Below, one piece after another: positions 28,629 to 37,829 of a stretch of DNA of 64,000 nucleotides; within the stretch, counting starts at the first letter, position 1, and the number at the start of each line of letters is the position of its first letter. The notes beneath the pieces are model-generated. The model worked only from the letters and a program-made list of their open reading frames with translations, ran no database searches and was not told where the DNA came from. Source of the stretch: a virus (Duplodnaviria > Caudoviricetes); IMG/VR virus record IMGVR_UViG_3300011335_000731, positions 10,147-74,146 of that record; one strand, 5' to 3'. Both the position numbers and the translations under genes were made by a program.

Positions 28629-31424
28629 ATGAGCGATTATTTTTTCTACGATCTAAACAAGAAGATGGCCGACTTGGCTAACAAGCAGCAACTGGCTGAA
28701 GATGCTCAAGCCGCTCCAGCCAAACCTAACAAGCTAATGGAAGCAGCCGCTGACTATTCAGCCAAGAAAGCCGCAGCCGGCAAAGATATCGGCAAGCCAG
28801 GCAAGAACTTCAGCAAGATCGCTGCTGGTGCTGCCAAGCGTTATGGCAGTGCGGAAGCAGGCAAGCGTGTGGCAGGTGCTGTGTTGAACAAACTGCGTCA
28901 CACAGAAGAAAGCATTGATCAAGCTCAACTCAAGCCGTGGAAAGCCACAATGAAGGAAGGTGGCAAGCCAGACTTCTTGGATCTTGACAAAGATGGCAAT
29001 CGCAAAGAGCCAATGAAGTCTGCTGCTCGTAGTGCCAAGAAAGATGTAGAAGAAGGCGTCATGGACACCTTGAAAAAAGGATACAATAAAGTCACAAACA
29101 CATTAGGTGACATTGGTATAATTCCAGATGAGTTATTATCATCTCCTCGCAGAGATAAGAACGGTAACTGGAATAAAAGAACCAACCCAGCCAGAAATAA
29201 TTTCATTGATTGGATTGAGGAAAATCCTGGGTTGGAATCGCACATGGCAGAACTACTAGCAAATTTTGATAAGTGGGTTGATGATGGTAACTCAGATCGA
29301 GCTGCTGGTAAAAACGCAGTTGAAATGTGGAAACACAGAATGAAGAGAGAAAAACAAAGTGTGTCAGAGCCTATGAGAAGGCATTCAATGACCGAAGTTG
29401 ATGCCACTCCGCAAGATGTAGGATCATATGAAGACGAAGTGAAAGCAGTAAATGCTCCTCAGCGTAAAGCCAGTGCGCCTAAGCCACCGATTGCACCGCC
29501 AAAGAAAACCGTGCCACCAAAAAAACCGGCAATGTATCCTCCACAGGCCATTGATGAACCTGTGAAAGAAGGTGGTGCAGCGCCGGGCGGCCCAGGTGAT
29601 TATAATTACATAAAAGATAATTATCAAAATGTTACTTTAAATGGTCGAATCATCGGAACAACTGCCGATGGCGGCAAAACATTTATTAGCAGTAGACCCG
29701 CTGAGTTTAAAAGTGGTGCTATGCCGCAAGGAGCCACGGTAGATTCAAACAAACAAAAAATCGAACCTATGAGAGATTACGGGGTAGATGAAGGCGGTGT
29801 GCCAATGAGTCCCAAGCAAAAGAAATTTGCTGCGTTGGCAAAACCTTTTGACAAGATCACTTTCGCTGACAAGATTGTTGGTGCCAAGAAAGAAGTTGAT
29901 GAAATGCTAGGGGATGTGGCAGCCAATGCTATGAAGAAAGCCGTGCGTGGTCGTAATCGTGACATGGAAGAAAGTTGGATCGATGATGAGCCAACTCGAC
30001 GCAGAAGCAGCAGTGGCGGTGAGATCGATACCAGCGAACCTGGTGTAACTCGTCATCGTGCAATCAAAGGCAACTATAGCGGCGCTAGCCACGATGCCAG
30101 TGCTGATGATGAACCAAGTGGTGCATTAGGCCGTCGCAAAGTTGGTGCCGGAATGGGCAAAAAGATTGGTGCCAAAATCAATCGTGGCACAAGCAAACTG
30201 ATGACCCGAGAAGGCGACATGCCCGAAGACATGATCGAGCCACAAGATCAAGGTGAATACGATCAAGAAGGTCAAATGGCCAAGGACGATATCAAGACCG
30301 TTGTGCGCCATGCACAAGCCTTGGAAAAGATCCTGGGTGACAACGACAACTTGCCAGAATGGGTGCAAGCCAAGTTGGCCAAGATTGAAGGCATGATGAC
30401 TGCTGTGGATGACTACATGCAGAATCAGCAAGACGACGAAATGGAAGTCGACGAAGAGTCTACTAACAAGCGTGACAGTCGTGCTGAACGAGCCGGGCGT
30501 AAAGTGGCCAAGGACATCGAATACGACGAGAAGAAAAAAGACGGCATCCACGGCAAAAAGCGTGGCAGCGAAGATGACAAGGCTGAACGAGCCGGTAAGC
30601 GAGTTACCAAAGACATCGAATACGACGAGAAGAAAAAAGACAAGAAGAAAAAAGAAGTAGATGAAACCACAACTTCCGGGTCAGTGGCCACTGGTGCTGC
30701 ACCCAAGTCCAGCGCCGGAACAACATTTGGCAAAGGCATCTACGACAGTCTAAATCGTCAATTAGAAAACATGATCTCTGAGTCAATGAACATCAACATG
30801 AGTATGAACAATGACGAGCATGGCGGTCCACGCCAGAGCCTAACTGTCACCGCCACAGATGATGATGCAGTGATGTTGGCTGGCTTGTTGAAGATGGCTG
30901 GCATGGGTCACGGTGATGAGCATATCCATGCCATGACCGGTGATGATTCAGACATGGATGCTTTGCACAACATTGATCACATGCACGGCGACGAGCCATG
31001 CGAAGAATGTGGCCAGTCCGATTGCGAATGCGATGACATGATGGAGAATATTGCAACCAATCCCGATGGAACTCCCTATGTAACCGACATTGATCCTGAT
31101 CAACATGATGCTGAAACAGCACGACTTGGGCGAGCAGGAAATCCTCCATCTTTTAGAACACCCGGTACAGCACATTCTGATCAAGGTAGGTATAACGAAA
31201 TGGATGAAGCCTACGGTGATACCGATGCGTCAGAAAATGAACCAGATTGGCCCACAGACGAAGAAGGTACAGACGATGCCATGATGTACAGCGGTGGATT
31301 GAATGGTCCTAAGTCAACTGGCCAGACCACAATTCCTGTGATCGCTGGACAAGATGATCGTATGGGTTACAACGGTCTTGATGAAGAACTGGGCCGTATG
31401 CTGAAGATAGCCGGACTTAGGTAA
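28629..31424 (+). CDS. Large charged low-complexity protein, putative prohead core/internal protein processed at many [VLMI]-X-E sites
   Basis: Recurrent VDEG/VKEG/MEES/VDET-type motifs; internal duplication ERAG.(K/R)V.KDIEYDEKKKD. Confidence 0.55.
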   Translation: MSDYFFYDLNKKMADLANKQQLAEDAQAAPAKPNKLMEAAADYSAKKAAAGKDIGKPGKNFSKIAAGAAKRYGSAEAGKRVAGAVLNKLRHTEESIDQAQLKPWKATMKEGGKPDFLDLDKDGNRKEPMKSAARSAKKDVEEGVMDTLKKGYNKVTNTLGDIGIIPDELLSSPRRDKNGNWNKRTNPARNNFIDWIEENPGLESHMAELLANFDKWVDDGNSDRAAGKNAVEMWKHRMKREKQSVSEPMRRHSMTEVDATPQDVGSYEDEVKAVNAPQRKASAPKPPIAPPKKTVPPKKPAMYPPQAIDEPVKEGGAAPGGPGDYNYIKDNYQNVTLNGRIIGTTADGGKTFISSRPAEFKSGAMPQGATVDSNKQKIEPMRDYGVDEGGVPMSPKQKKFAALAKPFDKITFADKIVGAKKEVDEMLGDVAANAMKKAVRGRNRDMEESWIDDEPTRRRSSSGGEIDTSEPGVTRHRAIKGNYSGASHDASADDEPSGALGRRKVGAGMGKKIGAKINRGTSKLMTREGDMPEDMIEPQDQGEYDQEGQMAKDDIKTVVRHAQALEKILGDNDNLPEWVQAKLAKIEGMMTAVDDYMQNQQDDEMEVDEESTNKRDSRAERAGRKVAKDIEYDEKKKDGIHGKKRGSEDDKAERAGKRVTKDIEYDEKKKDKKKKEVDETTTSGSVATGAAPKSSAGTTFGKGIYDSLNRQLENMISESMNINMSMNNDEHGGPRQSLTVTATDDDAVMLAGLLKMAGMGHGDEHIHAMTGDDSDMDALHNIDHMHGDEPCEECGQSDCECDDMMENIATNPDGTPYVTDIDPDQHDAETARLGRAGNPPSFRTPGTAHSDQGRYNEMDEAYGDTDASENEPDWPTDEEGTDDAMMYSGGLNGPKSTGQTTIPVIAGQDDRMGYNGLDEELGRMLKIAGLR

Positions 31425-31428
31425 TAAC

Positions 31429-31608
31429 ATGACACAGCAATTTCAGACCTACGCAGAGACCATGGCAAGGTTGTCGGAAAGACATCCACCCGCACCTACC
31501 CCACAGGAGGTGCGTAATCAACCTGCCATGATTCCCGGCGTGCTGAGTCAGACCACAAATCTGTTTCGCCCAGTGAATGTGGCAGATCTAAATAAGGATA
31601 ACAAATAA
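31429..31608 (+). CDS. Small hypothetical protein (59 aa, not in the ORF track)
   Basis: MTQQFQTYAETMARL...LNKDNK; its stop overlaps the next start (TAATG). Confidence 0.55.
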   Translation: MTQQFQTYAETMARLSERHPPAPTPQEVRNQPAMIPGVLSQTTNLFRPVNVADLNKDNK

Positions 31609-31931
31609 TGGCTATTCAAGTTGTAAACGCTGTAAGCAATACAGCCTGGACCACAGACAAAGTGGAAATTGCTACCACTACTGCTAATGTGACTTTCCAA
31701 GTTTCAGTGGTGCAGTTGACCTATGTGCAGGCCAATGGCGTTCCTGCAAATGCCACTATGACCACACCTACTGGTAACTTGTATGCTAACGCTATTGTGG
31801 TGCCTGGTAATACTGTACAACAATACTATGTTGGTGCAGGCAATTACTTAAACATCATCACAGGTACAGGATTCAGTGCCACAGCATTGGGTACAGCCTC
31901 ATCTGCCACAGCAGGCTCAAACGGCATCTAA
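31608..31931 (+). CDS. Hypothetical virion protein
   Basis: SD AAGGA; TAAATA at 31589; beta-rich composition. Confidence 0.65.
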   Translation: MAIQVVNAVSNTAWTTDKVEIATTTANVTFQVSVVQLTYVQANGVPANATMTTPTGNLYANAIVVPGNTVQQYYVGAGNYLNIITGTGFSATALGTASSATAGSNGI

Positions 31932-31932
31932 T

Positions 31933-32307
31933 ATGCGAGCCAGTGAGTTTATCGCTGAAACTAGAACAATAGGTAAGCGGTCATTGAGACAGAGCATATC
32001 TTCCAGAGGCGCGGCCAAGTTCCGAGATCCAGGCGGCTACGACAGAACATATGAACTCAATCGTATCATGATGGCCACTGCATGTGCAGACGGAACCACT
32101 CCACTTGAGATTGATGCTGAAAGTTGGGCAGGCAGATACAATACTGCTCACCCATACACTGATATCGAAAGCAAAATGCTACAGCAAGCATTCAAAGCCG
32201 TTGGCAGTGATTATGTTGATTTGAACAACGGTGATAATAGAAGTCAAGAATTACCCGGAACCGACATCGTCAGTCCTATAAAGGCATTCCGAGGTTATGC
32301 AAGATGA
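31933..32307 (+). CDS. Putative internal head protein, paralogue A
   Basis: Starts MRASEFIAE; ends SPIKAFRGYAR. Confidence 0.6.
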   Translation: MRASEFIAETRTIGKRSLRQSISSRGAAKFRDPGGYDRTYELNRIMMATACADGTTPLEIDAESWAGRYNTAHPYTDIESKMLQQAFKAVGSDYVDLNNGDNRSQELPGTDIVSPIKAFRGYAR

Positions 32308-32708
32308 GAGCCAGTGAATTCATCACCGAAGGCCAAGCAGCAGGTCGCACCGGCACAATCACTCGTGATGTAGGACTTGCTCTGCCCGGTGCTTTCAAAA
32401 TACCCAAATTACAAAACAACGATCCGTATATGCAATACAGATTTGGTGTGGCCATTGCCGGAGCCAAAGGTGCTGCACAGCGTGCCAAGGACGATGTTCC
32501 GCCATTTGATGGTCCTAGCAGTGTATTTGGCGAAGACATGGTGATCGTGAGTTACGATCCACATGTGAAAGATTACATCGACGATGCCTTGCATGCCATG
32601 AACATGCCCTCAAGTGACGCTGTGCAGATCGGCACCATGGCCAGTGAAGAAGCACCCGATGTGGACAAGGTCAGTCCTGTGCGTGGGTTCCGAGGCTATC
32701 CAAGGTAA
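32304..32708 (+). CDS. Putative internal head protein, paralogue B
   Basis: Starts MRASEFITE; ends SPVRGFRGYPR. Confidence 0.6.
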   Translation: MRASEFITEGQAAGRTGTITRDVGLALPGAFKIPKLQNNDPYMQYRFGVAIAGAKGAAQRAKDDVPPFDGPSSVFGEDMVIVSYDPHVKDYIDDALHAMNMPSSDAVQIGTMASEEAPDVDKVSPVRGFRGYPR

Positions 32709-32711
32709 ATA
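32706..32711 (+). promoter_or_regulatory. T4-late-like promoter
   Basis: TAAATA, then SD AGGA. Confidence 0.55.
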
Positions 32712-32729
32712 CACAACAGGAATACAAAT

Positions 32730-33110
32730 ATGAAAATCGCCGACTTACTCAGACACCTAGCAGATGTTGTGGACCACGGAAGCAACGCCGAAGGTGACGA
32801 CTATCAACAACCAGTGGAAGTGCAAAGTGACTTCGGCGAACTCGCCCCACAACGCATGGTTCCACCACTGCAACTCAAACTAGAACTGCTCAAGCGTGCT
32901 GTGGATGTGAACAACATCTATTCACCGGATGTGCCCGATCAAGACGGCGGGCTGCCACCACACAGACTCAGTGTGAGCAGGATGGGCGAAGAACAGCCTG
33001 AACACGAAGATGTAGTTCCGGAACCCGAAGATGAAATGACTCAACTGCGTCGCAGATTGGCTGCTATGTTACAAGTAAATGCCGGTGGTGATGGTCCCTT
33101 AGACGACTAA
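32730..33110 (+). CDS. Hypothetical acidic protein
   Basis: ORF with promoter and SD. Confidence 0.65.
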   Translation: MKIADLLRHLADVVDHGSNAEGDDYQQPVEVQSDFGELAPQRMVPPLQLKLELLKRAVDVNNIYSPDVPDQDGGLPPHRLSVSRMGEEQPEHEDVVPEPEDEMTQLRRRLAAMLQVNAGGDGPLDD

Positions 33111-33119
33111 GGAGCCACA

Positions 33120-36100
33120 ATGAGTGACGGTAACACCAACAATTCAGTATTCATACAAAACCTTTTCACCAGTCGTGACAACTTCACACAGGGAAATGTT
33201 CAAGAAGCCACTGCCAATGCTGCTGCCTATGTAGGGCAACAAGGCCGCATCTGGTGGAATCCAGTTCTCAATGCGTTCTACTACAGTGATGGCAACACAC
33301 CTGGTGGGCTGCCTATCACCGGCGGCGGGTCAGGCAATGGCGTGCCCGGCGGTGCAGCCAACACAGTGCAATACAATGCCGGCGGTGGTAACTTTGGTGG
33401 CGATCCAAACTTTGTATTCAACCCCGCCACTAGCACACTCACAATAACCAACATTGTTGCCAACACTTTAACAGGTGGAGCAGGCGGCACAAACACACAG
33501 GTGCAGTTCAACACCAATGGCAACTTCACCGGCAACTCCAACTTCACATACAATTCAGCCACAACAACCCTGACCATGACAGGCACAGCACGATTTGGCA
33601 ATGTGTTAGCACAGGCCAACAATGCAAGCAATCTTGGTTCATCTACCAATAGATTTAACGATCTCTGGTTGGGCACAGGCAATATCAACATTCTCGATAA
33701 CACTCTAAATACTCCGCAGCAGATTTACGCACAAAGTGGAAACCTTGTGATTGACGGAGCCAATGGTATTCAGTTTGGACAGTTTGCTATTTTTGGCAAT
33801 ACCATCTCCACAATCAACCCCACTGCCAATATCAACATTGGCCTGGTGGGAAGCACCGGCTATGTGGACATCGAACGACCTATAGCAGTGAATTCCACCG
33901 GTGGTGGATTACCTGTATTCAGAGTTGAACAGGAGGGAACAGTTTCGATCAACAGTTATGGCAATATTGCCGCCAACACTGCTGCCCTACTGATCAATGG
34001 CACCACTTCAGGCAATGATCAACCTAGAAACTTTGAAGGCACACTGATACAGGCCACAGCACAAGATAACTCACCGGCACGAATGAGTGCTGATGCATTT
34101 GGTGTAGATGGCACAGGACAGAATGCCTATGTGAGTTGGGCAGCCCGTGTAGCAAGAGGAAATGTAAACGCACCTAGTCAAACACTAGCCAATGATATCA
34201 TATTCCGCTTTACCGGCCAAGGTTGGTCAAACTCAGGTGCATACATTGGTTCTATTGTTCGTTACAATCAAGTGGCTTTGGAAAACTTTGCCACAGGCAA
34301 AGCAGGCACTAGACATAACTTTGCTGCCACACCTGTGGGCACTGCCACAATCAAGAACATTGCCAATATTGACGGCAACGGTATCACTTTCGGCAATGTG
34401 GCCACTGGTGGCATAGCCAATGTGGGCATAACATTCCCAGACGGATCATATCAGAATACAGCATATCTATCTACCAGTGTGGTGCGTAGTCTTACAGCCG
34501 GTGCAGGTATCAGTCTTTCTTCGACCACAGGTAATGTCACTATCACCAACACAGGTGTGTTGGGCATTGTAGGAACAACAAATCAGATCAGTATCACAGG
34601 CAATGTGGGCAATGTTGTCACACTAGGCACACCACAAGATCTTGCACCCACATCAAATGTGCAGTTCCAGAACCTCACAGTAAACAATCTCAGCATCTTA
34701 GGCAATGTGTCAAATGTGATTCCATCCAATGTGGCTGGTCCTATAGTTTATGTGGCCACCACGGCTACCACTTACAACGACATCAACAACAGCGGATTGA
34801 GCACTGGTAATGTTTCTAACAACTATTATGCCAGTATCCTGTATCAAACTTCCAGCAACACCTGGAAGATGGATATTGGTAATTCAGTGGGCATAACAGC
34901 CACAGAAATCTTCACAGCAAACATCACAGCCAATAGCACTGGGCATTTTGGAAATGCCAGCAATGATTATGATTTCCCAAATGCACTGATACAGGGTGAT
35001 ATTAACATTGATGGATATGGGCAGTTTGTATTAAAAAATCATGCTCAAACCGCCAATGCCAGTGCAGACATAGTAGCAGTGGCCAACAACGGTGATGACG
35101 GTTCTTACTACATCGACATGGGTATCAACTCAAATGTGTATGCCAATGTGGATTATCTTGTAACCGGTGCCAATGATGGTTATTTGTATGTGAATGGTGG
35201 TAATCTTGTGATTGGCACTCAGACCGCTGGCAAAGTCATAAACTTCTTCACCGGCGGCACTGATAACACCAACAAGATCCGTGGCACACTCAGTGACACT
35301 GGACTCAGCATGGTTGGCAATGTCACTGCCAACAACATGATCTCCATAAATGCTACCATTGGTGGCATAGTGTCAGCAGCCGGCAATGTCACAGGCGGCA
35401 ATCTAATCTCTCTTGGCCAGATCAGTTCTGCCGGCAACATTACCGGATTGAACATAAATGCTGATATATTCAGTGCCACTGGCAACATCGTTGGACCCAA
35501 TGTCAGAGTCACAGGCACACTCAGTGCTCTAGGCAATGTGATTGCTGGTAATCTTACCACCTCAGGTATAATGAGTAGCACCGGTAATATTATCGCTGCC
35601 AACATAGCAGCGGGCAATATCACAAGTGCGATCATATCTGCTACCGGTAACATCACTGGCCCAAATATCACTGCTACTATATTGCAAGTAAGTGCATTGT
35701 TGAGCGTGACTGGCAATATCAATGCCGGTAATGTGCTGACCGTGGGTATAGTATCTGCCACAGGAAATGTCACCAGCAACTATTTCATCGGCAACGGTAG
35801 TCAACTCACTGGTATCGCAGTAGCAAAGATTGGCAACGGCACATCGGAAGTGAACATTCCGGTAGCCAGCAGCAATGCCAATATCAGCATTGGTGCCACA
35901 TCCAATGTGGCTGTGTTTGCTACCACAGGTGCGTTTGTTACCGGTGTGGTCAGTGCCACAGGAAACATCACCGGTGGTAACTTGACCACTGCTGGTCGTA
36001 TATCAGCCACTGGGAATATTGTAACTGGTGCAAACATAGTCACACCAAACACCATAATCAACTCAAGTATAAGCACTACAGGCAATGTCACTGGCAATTA

Positions 36101-36998
36101 CTTTATCGGTAATGGTGCTGTTCTAACAGGATTGAATGCATATGGTAATGTGTTTGCCAATGGCACAGCAGTGTTGGCCACCACAGGATCATCAACACTC
36201 ACATTGACACCGGGCAACAACCAAGTTATCACCGGCAACAACACCAGCAAGGCAGTGACCATTGCTGTGAACGACAATCCTACCTTTGCTAACTTGAGTG
36301 TCACAGGCAATATCACTGTGTTTGGTAACATCTTTGCCAACTCCACAACTTACTTGGCCAATGTGGGCAATATCTTGTTTGCCAACACCTCGCCGCTGCC
36401 CACAGCCGTGCCAGGTATATTGGAATACGATGGTCGTGCCTTGTATTTCACTCCACAGGATCAAGAGCGCGGTATCGTGCCAAGCCAAGAATGGTTTGTG
36501 CTCCAAGATGATCGTGGATTAACCTATGGTAGTACAGCAGCACAGAGTTTGTTTGGAGTAGGCGCACATGTGAGTAACAGCACTCGTTATTCATTCCGCA
36601 TCAAGGCCACTATCAGCCGTGCAGCAGGCACCAACAATACTGCTCTCACACTGGGTTGGCGAGGAACTGCAACTCTAAACAAGATATCTTTCTCTGTTGA
36701 CAGTTCTATTGGTGCCACATCCACAGCCAAGGCAGCATACATATATGAGACCACTTTGGTGGCAAACTTTACCAATCAACTCACAGTGACCACTACCAGC
36801 AACCCTCCTGATAGCACCACTATCCTTATAAATGGTATAATCGATATAGGTGCATCTGGTGCAGGATATATTGAGCCATACATCACTTGGACCGGTGCTG
36901 CTGCCGCAGGAGCAGTCACAGTAAGTTCACTCAGCAACTTCCAACTCTGGCCGTTGGGTGTGACCGGTGCCAATACTGTTGTGGGCAACTGGGCATAA
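33120..36998 (+). CDS. Second fibre/spike-like virion protein (1292 aa)
   Basis: SD AGGAG; GNITGGN-type repeats; shares a module with the 2421-aa fibre. Confidence 0.7.
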   Translation: MSDGNTNNSVFIQNLFTSRDNFTQGNVQEATANAAAYVGQQGRIWWNPVLNAFYYSDGNTPGGLPITGGGSGNGVPGGAANTVQYNAGGGNFGGDPNFVFNPATSTLTITNIVANTLTGGAGGTNTQVQFNTNGNFTGNSNFTYNSATTTLTMTGTARFGNVLAQANNASNLGSSTNRFNDLWLGTGNINILDNTLNTPQQIYAQSGNLVIDGANGIQFGQFAIFGNTISTINPTANINIGLVGSTGYVDIERPIAVNSTGGGLPVFRVEQEGTVSINSYGNIAANTAALLINGTTSGNDQPRNFEGTLIQATAQDNSPARMSADAFGVDGTGQNAYVSWAARVARGNVNAPSQTLANDIIFRFTGQGWSNSGAYIGSIVRYNQVALENFATGKAGTRHNFAATPVGTATIKNIANIDGNGITFGNVATGGIANVGITFPDGSYQNTAYLSTSVVRSLTAGAGISLSSTTGNVTITNTGVLGIVGTTNQISITGNVGNVVTLGTPQDLAPTSNVQFQNLTVNNLSILGNVSNVIPSNVAGPIVYVATTATTYNDINNSGLSTGNVSNNYYASILYQTSSNTWKMDIGNSVGITATEIFTANITANSTGHFGNASNDYDFPNALIQGDINIDGYGQFVLKNHAQTANASADIVAVANNGDDGSYYIDMGINSNVYANVDYLVTGANDGYLYVNGGNLVIGTQTAGKVINFFTGGTDNTNKIRGTLSDTGLSMVGNVTANNMISINATIGGIVSAAGNVTGGNLISLGQISSAGNITGLNINADIFSATGNIVGPNVRVTGTLSALGNVIAGNLTTSGIMSSTGNIIAANIAAGNITSAIISATGNITGPNITATILQVSALLSVTGNINAGNVLTVGIVSATGNVTSNYFIGNGSQLTGIAVAKIGNGTSEVNIPVASSNANISIGATSNVAVFATTGAFVTGVVSATGNITGGNLTTAGRISATGNIVTGANIVTPNTIINSSISTTGNVTGNYFIGNGAVLTGLNAYGNVFANGTAVLATTGSSTLTLTPGNNQVITGNNTSKAVTIAVNDNPTFANLSVTGNITVFGNIFANSTTYLANVGNILFANTSPLPTAVPGILEYDGRALYFTPQDQERGIVPSQEWFVLQDDRGLTYGSTAAQSLFGVGAHVSNSTRYSFRIKATISRAAGTNNTALTLGWRGTATLNKISFSVDSSIGATSTAKAAYIYETTLVANFTNQLTVTTTSNPPDSTTILINGIIDIGASGAGYIEPYITWTGAAAAGAVTVSSLSNFQLWPLGVTGANTVVGNWA

Positions 36999-36999
36999 T

Positions 37000-37809
37000 A
37001 TGAAACGACTATTAGCAATCTCTTTACTTGCCCTCGCGGCCACAGCCAACGCCTGGACACAACGACCGCCACAGGACATCAGAACCTGTGCTGTGCATGC
37101 TCCTTATGGCATGCCTGCTGCTATCGGCACACAACCTATCTGTAGACAAGCATATCTCGTAGGCTACGATGCTCATGCCAAGATACCTAGATTTGTCACA
37201 TACGAACTCATACCAAAAAACGCTCTAGGCTGTGTGGCAAGAACCAATGCGTTTGCCACAGATCAATCAGTGCCCAATGGTGCCACACCCGATGACTATG
37301 CCGGCACTGGCTATGACAAAGGCCACATGAGCCCAGATGGTGACTTATCATGGGACCAACAAGTAGAATTTGAATCATTCCTGATGACCAACATGGCTCC
37401 ACAGGCCGGAAGTTTGAATCGTGGTATCTGGAAACTGCTGGAAACATCAATCCGTGGGTGGGCTGTGCAACACAACAACAGTTTCACTGTGTATGTGGGT
37501 GCAATCTACAATGCACAAGACCGGCGTATCGGCTCGGGCGTAGTTGTGCCACATGCTTTCTACAAGATCGTTATAAACAATCAGACCAACGAGATCGCAG
37601 GCTGGATGTTCCCACATGTGGCACCTTACCCAAATCTGGGCAATGACTTAACCCGTTTCCGTGTGCCAGTAGAACTGATCGAACGAGAATCAAATGTGAA
37701 CTATGCGTTTCCACCCGCAGCGAAAGAACTCAATCCTGGATCAGAATGGGCAGTGGACTTTGGAAATCTAACCAAGGCCAAAAGAGCCAAATGTGGCCGA
37801 TCCGAATAA
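37000..37809 (+). CDS. DNA/RNA non-specific endonuclease (NucA/Serratia family) with a signal peptide
   Basis: YDKGHMSP, FLMTNMAPQ..SLNRGIW..LE; N-terminus MKRLLAISLLALAATANA. Confidence 0.9.
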   Translation: MKRLLAISLLALAATANAWTQRPPQDIRTCAVHAPYGMPAAIGTQPICRQAYLVGYDAHAKIPRFVTYELIPKNALGCVARTNAFATDQSVPNGATPDDYAGTGYDKGHMSPDGDLSWDQQVEFESFLMTNMAPQAGSLNRGIWKLLETSIRGWAVQHNNSFTVYVGAIYNAQDRRIGSGVVVPHAFYKIVINNQTNEIAGWMFPHVAPYPNLGNDLTRFRVPVELIERESNVNYAFPPAAKELNPGSEWAVDFGNLTKAKRAKCGRSE

Positions 37810-37816
37810 TTCGGCA

Positions 37817-37822
37817 TAACTA
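37817..37822 (+). promoter_or_regulatory. Late-like promoter variant, leaderless spacing
   Basis: TAACTA-N7-ATG of the terminase gene. Confidence 0.4.
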
Positions 37823-37829
37823 ACTGACT

